In this document: positions 39,344-50,166 of the stretch, one piece after another
How the letters are laid out: the number at the start of each line of letters is the position of its first letter
How positions within the stretch are numbered: the stretch's first letter is position 1
Source of the DNA: Lama guanicoe
Taxonomy: Eukaryota
Assembly (NCBI GenBank): GCA_013239625.1
Contig: MU053185.1
Coordinates: 1 to 64,000 of the forward strand
Direction of reading: 5' to 3'
DNA: 64,000 bases
Made by a program: the position numbers and the translations under genes
The notes under the pieces: model-generated
Databases searched by the model: none
Seen by the model: the letters and a program-made list of their open reading frames with translations, nothing else
Told to the model about the DNA's origin: nothing

Positions 39344-39810
39344 AAACTGCAGGCATTTCAATCACATTATGGTCTAAACAAAATTAAGAAGAAGAGCTTC
39401 CACAATAATAGCAGATAAAGAGCCACTGGTAAACCTGTCAGGATTTTTGGCCTGCCCTCCAAAGAAAAGGAGTGAAAAGTGTCAGAGTGGGCCATGGAAG
39501 ACGTCAAGGGGAGCCACGCCAAGCAGCGGCGGATGGAACAGCAACCACTGCCACCTGGCAACAGCCGCAGCAGCAGCACCCCCAGCCCCGGCACCGCCTC
39601 CACCTGGGCCATCGCCGCCTCCACCTGGGCCACCGCCACCTCCATGGCAACTGTCGGGGAGCACCGGCCCCTGCCCAGTCCTGAAATGATGCTGGGATAG
39701 TAATAGGGCTCTGTCGCAGAGACATGCGAATATTTGGTCCCTGTCCAGCCCACAATGATTTCCACTTGGTGGTATGTGACGACTGTAATCAGGCTGTCAA
39801 GCCACAGGCT
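39344..39810 (+). pseudogene. ATXN7: Intronless, circularly permuted ATXN7 (ataxin-7) 5' fragment inside gag
   Basis: Encodes KLQAFQSHY, then ~98 nt of non-coding sequence, then SE.A.EDV.GEPR, QQPQQQHP, ASTWA..AMATVGEHRPLPSPEMMLG, GLCRRDMRIFGPCPAHNDFHLVVCDDCNQAVKPQA; these match the recalled ataxin-7 N-terminus. Confidence 0.93.
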
Positions 39811-40689
39811 ATGATTGACCTCTTAGAGTCTATCTTCCATTCTCACCGGCCCACCTGGGAAGATGCCCGCCAGCTGCTTCTGACTCTTTTCAATACAGAG
39901 GAGAGGAGACGCATTCTCACTGAAGCACGAAAATGGCCACAGGGCCTAGCCCCTGGGGACACAATGGATGTTGAGGGGTGGGCCATGACACATGCCCCTG
40001 ACACCAGACCAGATTGGGACTTTAACACCCAAGAAGGAAGAGAAGCACTGTGTGAGTACCGGGAGGCCATCCTACAAGGGCTAAGAGCGGGAGCCAAGAA
40101 GCCAACTAACATGTCTAAAACGACCACGGTGACCCAGAAGCCAGACGAGACCCTCACTGACTTCTATGAGAGACTATGTGAAGCATTCCGAGTCTACACT
40201 CCTTTTGATGCTGAGGCCCAAGAAAACCAGCGGATGGTCAACGCTGCCTTCGTAGCGCAATCATACCCAGATACACGCCGGAAACTCCAAAAACTGGATG
40301 GATTCACAGTGATGAACGCTACACAGCTGCTGGAAGTAGCAAACAAAGTTTTTGTAAACCGAGAACGGGAAGCCCAACGAGAAGCAGACCAGCGAATGAA
40401 GCAGAAAGCCGCATTCCTTGCAGCAGCCCTGGGGAAAACAAGCTTCTGCCAGAATCCTGCACCACCCGGAAGAGGGGACCCCAACCATGGATGCCCCTGG
40501 GCCGAGACCAGTGCGCATACTGCCGGGAGACAGGGCACTGGAAAAACGAGTGCCCAAACAGAAAGGATGGAAAGAGAGCACCCCCAAAAGGCCTACTTAT
40601 CAGCTGGAGCCACCAGCCAGTAATCACATCGGACTGGCTGGGGTCGACTCAGAACAGGAGAGACCACGCTCCCTGCCCCTGGGCCCCGG

Positions 40690-42230
40690 GAAGCCCAAGG
40701 TCAAGATATTTATAGGGGGCCAACCAATGACTTTTATGGTAGACACAGGAGCAAAGTATTCTGTGGTGACCCAACCTGTAGCCCCCCCCCCCCGACCAAG
40801 AAAAAGGCGACTATTATAGGGGCTACTGGGGACTCAACTGCCCGCCATTTCTGCCAGCCACGATCCTGTCGAGTAGGAGGCCATCTAGTGACACATGCCA
40901 TTATTCACTGTAAGGGACACCAAAAAGGAAATGACCCTGTGAGCCAGGGGAACAGGCTGGCTGATCAAAGGCAAGAGGCAGCTGCCTGGGAACACTCAGT
41001 AATTAAAGTTATGGCAGCACCAGAGCTACCCACTGCCCCCAGAATATAGCCACGATGAAAACAAGTGGGCACAGGCCGAACAGGGAAAGAAAGGAAAGGA
41101 TGGATGGTGGATCATGACGGATGGGAGGGTTTTCATCCCAGAACGACTAGCTTATCATCTAGTCCAACAACAACACAAAGCCACACACATGGGAAAAACG
41201 GCTTTGGAGGCCCTCTTAAAGCGATATTTCTTAATTTCTCATCTCCCTACTCTGTGCGCATCAGTCTCCCAACACTGCTTGCTCTGTGCACAAAACAATC
41301 CAAAACAAGGGCTCACTGGGCCAATGGGAATACAACGATGCGGATTGGCTCCCTTCAAAGATTTAGAAGTGGACTTTACTGAACTTGGGCCCAGTAAGGG
41401 ATAAAAGTACCTGCTGGTTTTCGTCTGCACCTTCACAGGGTGGGTAGAAGCCTACCGCACCAGGACAGAGAAAGCAAGAGAGGTAGCAAAGGCTCTCCTC
41501 AGGGATGTTATCCCTCGATTTGGAATGCCTACCTCCGTCAGGTCTGACAATGGACCCACCTTCATGGCAGAAATTGTACAGCAAGTGGCAAAGGCACTGA
41601 GCATCCCCCGGAACCTGCACACAGCATACCAGCCTCAAAGCTCAGGGAAGGTAAAACGAATGAACAGAACTCTAAAACAAATGATAGCTAAAATCAGCCA
41701 AGAAACCCAGCTCCCCTGGGTGGACATTTTACCCCTGGCTCTGTTGTGAATAAGATGCACCCCAAGATTTAATATTGGGTACTCTCCCTTTGAAATCCTC
41801 TATGGGCGACCGCCACCTTTAGTCAAGATGGGAAATCCCACCCCAGAAATAGGAAATTTAGGGCTCCAACAAAAACTGTTGGGACTAGGACAAGTACTAT
41901 GAGAAGTTTGGGGTTGGGTGATAAACCCCCATTTCATTAGGGGTCCAAATGCATCCCCATAAACCAGGTAACCAGGTATGGGTGAAGGACTGGAAAAAGG
42001 AACCTCTGAAACCAACATGGAAGGGACCATATTTAGTGGTATTAACTACCCCTACAGCTGTTAAAGTTGCAGGAATCATCCCTCGGGTCCACCACTCCAG
42101 GGTTAAGAGAGCGACTTCACGTCAGACAGAGGGTCCCTGGAAAATTTAGAGGGTCCCAGGAGACCCGCTCAAGATCAAGATCAAGAGGGACCAGAAAAGG
42201 ATCTACGAGCCCTGCTCTAGCCACACCCGG
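40690..42230 (+). pseudogene. pol: Provirus B pro plus RNase H tail plus integrase; RT deleted near 40897
   Basis: FMVDTGAKYSVV; jump to IIHCKGHQKG; HHCC (HKATHMG...CLLCAQ), EVDFTE, SDNGP, WKGPY motifs. Confidence 0.92.
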
Positions 42231-43150
42231 AAGCTGGCTAGTCAACACACGGCCGAAGCTTGAGGAAAGCTCAACGCAGCTGTTAAATGTATTTCTTTTG
42301 TGCTCCCTTGCCTCTTTCCTTGTTTACTATACTAGTCTGCATATTAGCAGTGGCGCTAGCTAGGGCCACCCCACCTGACTGGAACATAGGCCATAGAATC
42401 CTGATAGCTATTTTTTATCTTGTTATAATTAGTGCCATTGTGAAGGAAAAGCCAGGCTGGTCTAACAAGATAACTCAAGTCTAGGAATGTGAAGGAGAGG
42501 CTGGGCTGGTCTAACAAGATAACTCACAAATCTAAGTATTGGAATACTGATCTGAGTTCTGCTAGACTAACTTGTAAATCTAGGTTAATTAGTGTTGATT
42601 TGCTGCTCATGTTTTTTGCTAGCCAGCTGGGTTTTCAAAGAGACATATCTGGCTTTGGAATGTTGGTTTGCTGCCTCCCCACCTCCACTTTTGTGATGAT
42701 GCTGCTGCTAAAGCTGTTCCATGCCTATTGGCCGAATACCCCAAGCTTGTACTTTACCCTATAAAACCTCACACGCACGTCTTGGAGGTGCTCAGAGCTT
42801 CGGAGCAGAAGCCCCTCTGAGCCCGCCGGCGTAATACATCTGAGTACTCCAACCCTCCAAGTGGTGCTTATTTCTTGGCTGGCCTGTCGTTTCCATTACA
42901 ATAGTGCAAGTCTAGACATGGGAGGAGCAACAAGAGGGAATATTTTCCTGGATCATGATAGATGAGTAAGACAGGAGATCCAGAGAATTTTTGAGTATCA
43001 ATAGGGCCTAATCCCTGTTAACACCTTTGAGTAGCAGGTCAACAAAATCTTCCCGCGATCTAGGAATGAGCCTTCCTAGCACCATGGGACAAAATTGGTC
43101 ATGAAATGTCTCCCAAAATATTGGTTGAATTTAGGACCAAGGGGGAGCAC

Positions 43151-43627
43151 TGTGAACAAAAAACTGCAAGCCAAATCAGTAAACAAAGAATGCTAAAGCC
43201 GTCAAGTCATCAGCGGCTGCCGCCACCCTCCAGTGAAGACAAGCCTGCAGCCCAGCCTCTGCAGCCACTCACAGTGGCGCACTCTGAGGGGACTCAGAAT
43301 AAGAAAGGACAGGATACTGGCCCTAGATAGCCAGGTGCTTGTCAGAGGAATGAATTCAATGAGCCCACATGTTTGCTCCCTCCCATACATAGAAAAGCAC
43401 TAAACTCTTTAACTTGAGATGCCTGATTCTCTTTAGATAACAAGTAATCTTTTACTGTCCCAACTACCTGGTCTTTGTTATAAAGCTCCTGTATATCCTA
43501 GCTCCTCCCCTACCTCTTCGGAGCAGTCCCTCAGAGCCATCTGAGAGGCTGTCATCCTGGCTCAAGTCCTCCCGCCAAATAAAACATAACTGTCAACTTT
43601 TAGGTTGTGCATTTATTTCAGTCGACA
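43151..43627 (+). mobile_element. 3' LTR closing the MER4-like element; different family from the LTR at 30759
   Basis: PPT aagggggagcac then tgtgaac...gtcgaca; TATA-like tataaa; AATAAA near 43578. Confidence 0.85.
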
Positions 43628-43757
43628 ATGAGATGACAGATGTTATCTCACATTGGTAATCATTTCATGATATATGTAAGTCGAATCATTATGCTGCACA
43701 CATTAACCTTATACAGTGCTATATGCCAATTATATTTCAGTAAAACTGGAAGAAAAA
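43628..43757 (+). mobile_element. L1 3' terminus, probably the end of the 23088-30758 L1
   Basis: ggtaatcatttcatgatatatg...ccaattatatttcagtaaaactggaagaaaaa. Confidence 0.7.
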
Positions 43758-43879
43758 TCAAATAGCACACGGGTGCATTTGAAGGACACCTTTGCTCCCT
43801 CAACTGTTTTTGTAACCAATCCTTGCCCTCAAGGATGTAAAATAAGATGGGGGTAATGGGGTATTTTTATGTAAATGTA

Positions 43880-44361
43880 GTATAAGCACTTGCCGGGCTT
43901 TTATTGTAATGCAAATATATGACATTATATTAAGCTTTTGATTGCCTAGGCATCCCCTTCAAAGAAGTCAGTCTTGAATAAACACATTGCCAGCTACAGG
44001 ACCAGATAAAGAGCCCTGCTGCCCCACCCTTGAAGTTTCCTTTGTTTTAGAGGTCTCCTGGCTGACTTAGATAAGTGACCATTTGACCACATATTTTTCC
44101 GTTCCTGAGTTTTAATTCTGGCCCTTATATTTTAAATTCACCGACAAAGAGTGAGCCTGTAAAGTCTTAGGCACCCCATCCCAGACCCCAATAAAGGCAG
44201 AACCCCAGGTCCACCATCTCTCTACTGCATGGCTACAGGTGTACCATGTATCCTCCAGGATTTATGAGTAATAATCTTTGGGGTTTTTCCCAAACTTCTC
44301 TGATGGTTTTTACCTGGGTGCATCTTATAATAAGAACCACAAAGACTGGTCAAGCCACAGC
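43880..44361 (+). mobile_element. Old class III (MER74-like) LTR followed by a Glu-like PBS
   Basis: Homologous to 60422-60912 (cctgaagtttcctttgttt..agaggtctc..gacttagataagtgaccattt); followed by tggttcctatcagggaa. Confidence 0.7.
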
Positions 44362-47300
44362 ATTGGTTCCTATCAGGGAAATGTATGTGGGGGCTCATCT
44401 CAGGCCCAGCTGAGTGACCCCAGGCATTTCTATTCAATTGCATTGCTACTGATAGGCTGAGAACAGCACAAAACAATTGGCCTAGCTGACAGGACTGCAT
44501 GATGGCCTTTGCAATTAATCAAGGGAACACCCTTTAGCTGTAACTGGCTTGCTCGCTGACTAACCCAGATGGGTGACACCATCTGGGAACAGAACACTGC
44601 TTGCTGGAGGGCGGTCATGCTGCTGCGTGCTTTCCCATATTGCCTCTGTCGTGTGCTGCCTGTGGTACCCACCCCAAAATGTCACTGCTGCCATAATAAT
44701 TCAATGATCTCCCCAGAGCAGTGAGATCAAGGCCATATGGTCTAATGAGGCAATTAGATCACTAATTAAAAAGGCTTTAATTGGCTGTTAATGTACATGA
44801 GGGTCCCACACACCTCCTGCTATGCAAAGTTGGCATGATCCAATGGCTCTGTCATTTCTATGACCATAGTGACCCAAATGATCCCCTGAATTGCCAACCC
44901 TGGATTTGCCCCATTTGACCCTAAGTCCAGATCGTATTCTTTTTACTAATTCCAGGGCAGTGCTACTGCATTTTGGAGACATTCCTGAAACTATCAGGCA
45001 CTGGAGGGCACTGACATGGTTGCTAGACATAGACACTGCCGCCCAGATGCCCCAATACTTCAGACTTGTCGCCTTCTGTCCCCACTGCCCCAGAAAGGTC
45101 TCCCACAAACAAATTTTCCTCAATGGAAAGGGTTTCCCACTCCCTCCCTAATAAACCCCTGATGTAATTTTGCCCCTTATGGTACTGGGAGTTACGGAAA
45201 CTTAGGGTTTTTGGCCAATCTCTGGATAGCGAGTCTCTAAACTCCAGGCCCTGAAACTAACATTCTCCCAGCTATAGCATTCTTCTGCTGTCCAGCCTCT
45301 TGCCACACCCCTCTAGCCCCAAGCCAATCCCCACTATTCCCTCTACCCCTTCCCTAACCTCTAGTACTGGCAGCCTACTTAAGCTCCTACCCTAGGAAAT
45401 CAACAGTTCCCTGTGCTGGGCCCACCTCCCAGAGTCAATCAACCCTATACCACTCTGGTGGTCCATTAGTACAATAAAAAGACACAGTCCTTTTTGGCCC
45501 TACTAGACATGGGGACCCAAGCCACTCATTCCAAGCAATCCTTCTAAATCTCAAAAAAAGATGCCCTTCTACCTACAAGGCATTGCCAGTAAAACAATCA
45601 AAGGTGTACAAATCCACCTGGATATCCCTAACAGGACCATTCACTTCAAATGGCTTCCTTTGGTGGTGGCCACCAGCTTGTTCTTTCATATTATAGGTGT
45701 GGATGCACTGACATGATGCCATGCCCATGGAAAAAGCCCAAGTTCTTGGCCTTCTTGGTGGGACTGACCAAATGGATGTCAGTGACTCTTCCCTCCTGGT
45801 CGAGACAGTAAACACTACCCAATATCGATGTAAACACAGCAGGGAGGGCCTACACCCTGTCATGTAAGATACACTTCAGCCCGGAGTCAGGAAGCCACAA
45901 TCTCCCCTTTCAATAGCCCCATTTGGCCGATATCTAGACCAGCCACCAACGAATGGCACCTCACCATTGACTATCAAGACCTCAGTTCTCAGGTTCCCTA
46001 TTAAGGCTTCAATTCCTAATAATACAGAACTGAGTGAGGACATATAATCGGCCCAAGGAGTGTCCTTTGTTGACCCACTAACCTGTTCTATTCTGTTCCC
46101 ATCTCAGAGGAGTCTCAGGCTCAATTTTCTTTCACTTTTGAAAGGAGTGAATATACATTTATGTGGTTCCCAATGGGATATTTAAACAGCCCTGCAATCA
46201 CACATAATCTCTGCCACCAAAATGTTAATACCTTACACTTGGAAAGGTGTCATTTTGGGCATTATATTGACGACACTATGTTCAGGTGTCCTTCTGAGAA
46301 AACAGGACGAGCAGATTTTGCCCCCCTCACACACCACCTACACCAGTGTGGCTGGGCAATCGCCCCTCACAAGATCCAAGGCCCTGCCTCATCTGTCAAA
46401 TTTCTGGGTGTCTAGTCCCCCAAGGACTGAGAAATTTCCCCAACAATAATTACTCACCATTAAATCACCCACGACACTCAGACAAGCACAACACATATTA
46501 GGCCTTTTCATGTGCGGGAGGCAACACATCACATCTCAATGTTTTTTCGTCCTATGTACACAATCACATACAAGTCGGCCACTTTCCATTGGGGTGAAGC
46601 CCAACAGTGTGCTTTGACAGCTTTCCAGCAGAAAGGCCACAAAACTTTACCTTTAGTCCCCAACTGGCTCCATAGTCCATGTCAAGTCATTGGCCACACC
46701 TGACTAACCCTCCTGGAGTCTCAGGAGCAAACAGGAGACTACCTGGCTTCCCATGGGGTTTGGGATCCCTGGCAGCAGACACATATACTCCCCTTAAACA
46801 CCAGCTTTTGGCATCCTTTTTGGGCTCTTTTAGGAACTGAATCCCTAAGCAGGCCCCACCTGGTACTACTCTAAATACAAGTTCCCATGATGCCCTGTGT
46901 TAGAGATGTCTTTCAAGAGAAAAGCTCAGCACAGCCACCAATGCCTCCTTAGTGACATGGAAATGGTACCTTCAGGAGAGAGCTAAACGTGACGTCAAAG
47001 GCCTTCCAAATTATAGGAGGATGTGGCTTCCCCGATGCTCAGCCCCTTGCCGGACAGCCTCAAGGAACAGCAGCACCCCCTCCCATTCTCCTCCTGTGGC
47101 TCCTTGGGGAGCCCGTGGGGAGCAACTGTCTGGACCTGTAGCTGTTCACCTAGCCCTTAAGGAGGCCATAAAAAGGGCCTTTCACAGATCCCTATTTTCA
47201 CAGACTCCTGGACTGTTGCTAACAGCCTTGCAGTTTGGTCTGGCCAATGGCTCAGGGACAGTTTTCTCATACAAGGCAAGTCCACCTGGGGCTCCTAGAT

Positions 47301-48224
47301 ACAGGAGGAACTAGGAGAATCCCAGTCCCTCTCAGCGGTACTCACAGTTCCACTCCCTCTAACCACCCCACACCAGAAGCCATTTTCAACAATACTGCAG
47401 ACCCTCTCACTCAGCCCTCCACTCTCTGCCAGGTAGATGCCTCCGGGCGCTGACCCTTCTCACCAGCTTTTAAAATGGGCTCACAGCACCTTGGGTCATC
47501 GGATACTCGTGCCTTAATAACTTGGGCTCAAGTGAGGGCCCCCACCCCTCAGCAGCAGCCAAGATTGTGATACACGAACGCACTCTCTGCAACCAAACTA
47601 GACATCGGGGGCTACCCGATAGGGACATACTCCCGGGGGGAGACTGACCATACGCCCACTGGCAGATTGATTTCATCAGCCCATGGCCCCCTTCTGCTGG
47701 GCTTTCCAGATACCCCATCGCATTCATGGATACTTACATGGGACTCCTCTTGGCGAACTCTACCTGGAATTCCTCCTCAAAACACATAATCTCTTTCCTC
47801 ACTAAGTTTATTGGTCCCTTTGGATTGCCATTGTTGACTGTGACCAGGACACCCACTTCACCTCTCAGAAGAATCACCAGTGAGCTCTTCCAACAAAGTG
47901 GCTTTCAAAACTTCTAGCAAGGTTATGCCCCCAGGTGGCTGACCTCATTGAGCATCTTAATGACCTCCTTAAAGAGATATGACTTAAATTGTTTTCAAGC
48001 AAGTGGTTCTTGAAATGGATCGAACTCTCGTCCCAGGTCCTCATCTTCCTTAATCTTCACCCCCTGAGCCTTCATACCCACATACCAATTATTATACACC
48101 CTCCCCACAAATTCCATTTTCAGTCATGTCTGGTAATCCTCATGCTTTTACACTAACACGATGTCCTTTTTATTGTGTCCTCTAACTCCGCTTCCCCCTG
48201 CTGCTATAACTTTTTGCATCATAC
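44362..48224 (+). pseudogene. pol: Class III (ERV-L-like) gag-pro-pol remnant; probably continues at 58688-60420
   Basis: LALLD.GTQ protease; FNSPIWP; FPMGYLNSPAITHNLC; HYIDD; GWAIAPHKIQGPASSVKFLGV; WQIDFI. Confidence 0.85.
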
Positions 48225-48893
48225 TGTTAGAGCAGATAGCTAGATATGAGCAGAGAAAGGGGGACACAGACCAAATGGCAGGAATTGGGCAGAAAGGAGG
48301 GGCACGGGCCAAATGCAGGAAACCACACATCATGTAAGCACCAGGGGTCCCTGCGCAGAGAAAGAAAAACAGGAACCTCTGGGCTGATAAGTGGTCACAC
48401 CTTTTGGGGTGATGAGTGCCCTGGAGACCCACAAAGAAAGGTGGGAAAAGGCAGGAATTTCCAGTGTCCGAATGTAACCTTTTGCTCATTATGTCCTCAT
48501 CTCAATAAAATTAGCCTTGCCGATTAGAAGCACTCATCATGCACTGATGCCATGACACTTCTGATCCAGACAAATAAGGACAAAAAATAAGGACAAAAAT
48601 CCCTCCTCCCTTTGGGAAGGTGGAGTTGGGATAAAAATCAGGCAATACAGTCCCAAACTCTTCCCTTCCCAGTGAATATTCTGTCCATTCATTTTTACAC
48701 CGTATGTAACCAACTTGCCAAAAAACTCAGGGCAGCAGCTCAGTTGAGCCTGCCAGCTCTCCCCTTGAGAGTGTACTATCCATCCCTTAATAAATCCTCA
48801 CTTTACTTTCTTAACCTCTGCATCTCATCTCTGAATTCTTTCTGGGACAGAACAAGAACCTGGAACAATGGTTACAACTACTGACAACATCTT

Positions 48894-48911
48894 TGGCACT
48901 GCAGCCAGGAG
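48894..48911 (+). promoter_or_regulatory. PBS, tRNA-Arg-like (degenerate)
   Basis: tggcactgcagccaggag matches 14/18 of TGGCGAGCCAGCCAGGAG. Confidence 0.55.
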
Positions 48912-50166
48912 ATCAAGAGATTTGGTAAGCCAAACCCTCTCGCCTCCCTTGCGCTTGAGAGGCACTAACTGACTCTCTGTCTCTTACTTTCTCATCATCT
49001 GTTACCTCTTTTGGACCTACTGCCACAAAAATGTGGGCAGGAGTCGAGCACATAAAAGCCTCTAGGGTGCTCACCACTGAAAAAGTCTCTCCTGTGAGGG
49101 TGAGTGGGTCGTGGAATGAACTAGAGAGACGACATGTCTGTCCATCCACCACCAAGACAATTTCCACGCCATGCCATGTTCTCTAGACACACAGCTAAAA
49201 GCATAGCACTGCCCTCTCTCCGTGGCTACCCATGTAGGCTTATTATTGGCCCCTCTGTGGTTGGTTATCCTTGTCTCCTCTCCACGCCTCTATCTCGCTG
49301 CACTTACAGGTCTTACTCTGCAAAGAGAGGGGAGGGAATTTACCAAGCACTTCCCAAACCTCGCTGCTAGGTTTTTCATTTCTCATCGTTACATACACAC
49401 AGGGCTTGTTAAGGAAAGTTCCCAGCAACTTTCACAGGCAGCTAAGCACCCAAGTAAGCTATAGGATATTTGCCCTCTGGCTTTAAAAATAAATACAGCT
49501 TTAAATAGGCAGACGATAAGAGAGCTCACACAGTGGCTGAGGCCACCGCTGCCACCACAGTCCCTGTGGGACCTCCCTCCCACAAGTGCTCTATGGACCC
49601 TACCCCTGCTGTTGGTAGGGGGATAGCCCCTCACCACCCAGTGGGGTTGGGGCCCTCATTTGGGACTGCGGTGCCAGAGCCATGCACCCTGCTGACCTGG
49701 CACTTGCCTCCCAGGGGCCACACAGAAAAAAAAAAATCCTCACTGGGGCACCAGGCCCTCTGTTCCCGCTCACTACAAGCATGATGCTTTCACCTGGCAC
49801 CACCATATCCCCTCCCCCCACGTGCAACCCCGCACCCACTGGACTGAGCGCATGTGGGAGTCGGGAAGGAAGGGGAATGGAAGTACTGAGATCTGGTGCA
49901 TCACCCACAAAAGAAAGGACTTATTCCACACATCTAAGCCTTGAGGAAGGTCGCTGTCCCGGCTTCCATGGACCCAGGATGGGACACAGTGAGCTCCTAA
50001 GATGCTGGGACAAGCACGGCAGGTTGCCACGTGGGGGGTCGCTACCCCAACATTGGCCAGGGTTGGCAGGACTAGGTGGACAGGACCTCTTACACAGTCC
50101 CCAAGAGACCTCCTAACGTTAATGCTCCTTTTCTGTTACAGGAGCACTCTCTCCCTGAAGGATGTA

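Larger units (their letters stand above)
38448..40623 (+). pseudogene. gag: Provirus B gag (MA, assembly gap, CA interrupted by ATXN7, frameshifted NC)
   Basis: MGGSKSKP myristoylation start; GHPDQFPYI; MHR QKPDETLTDFYERL; zinc knuckle CAYCRETGHWKNEC in the shifted frame (ORF 40491). Confidence 0.92.
36908..42900 (+). mobile_element. Provirus B: gamma-like (HERV-E/ERV3-type gag) ERV with deleted RT and env, carrying an ATXN7 insert
   Basis: LTRs 36908-37317 and 42488-42900 (TG...CA); TSD atag at 36904-36907 and 42901-42904; PBS, gag, pro and IN present. Confidence 0.95.

Noticed and set aside
39328..39360. ATXN7 insert as a mis-assembly beside the gap
   Set aside because: Gag codons PSYSEK lie between the gap and the insert, and the insert is spliced and diverged, so it is not the ATXN7 genomic locus; read-level confirmation is still advisable
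38684..39418. Long ORFs of 215-309 aa in the ORF track
   Set aside because: Artefacts of translating through the 584-N gap; only the gag N-terminus is real
39367..39765. Gly/Ala/Arg-rich minus-strand ORFs
   Set aside because: Antisense shadows of GC-rich ATXN7 sequence
39344..39810. ATXN7 as a functional gene or standard L1 processed pseudogene
   Set aside because: 5' fragment only, start codon lost, stops and frameshifts, no poly(A), permuted order
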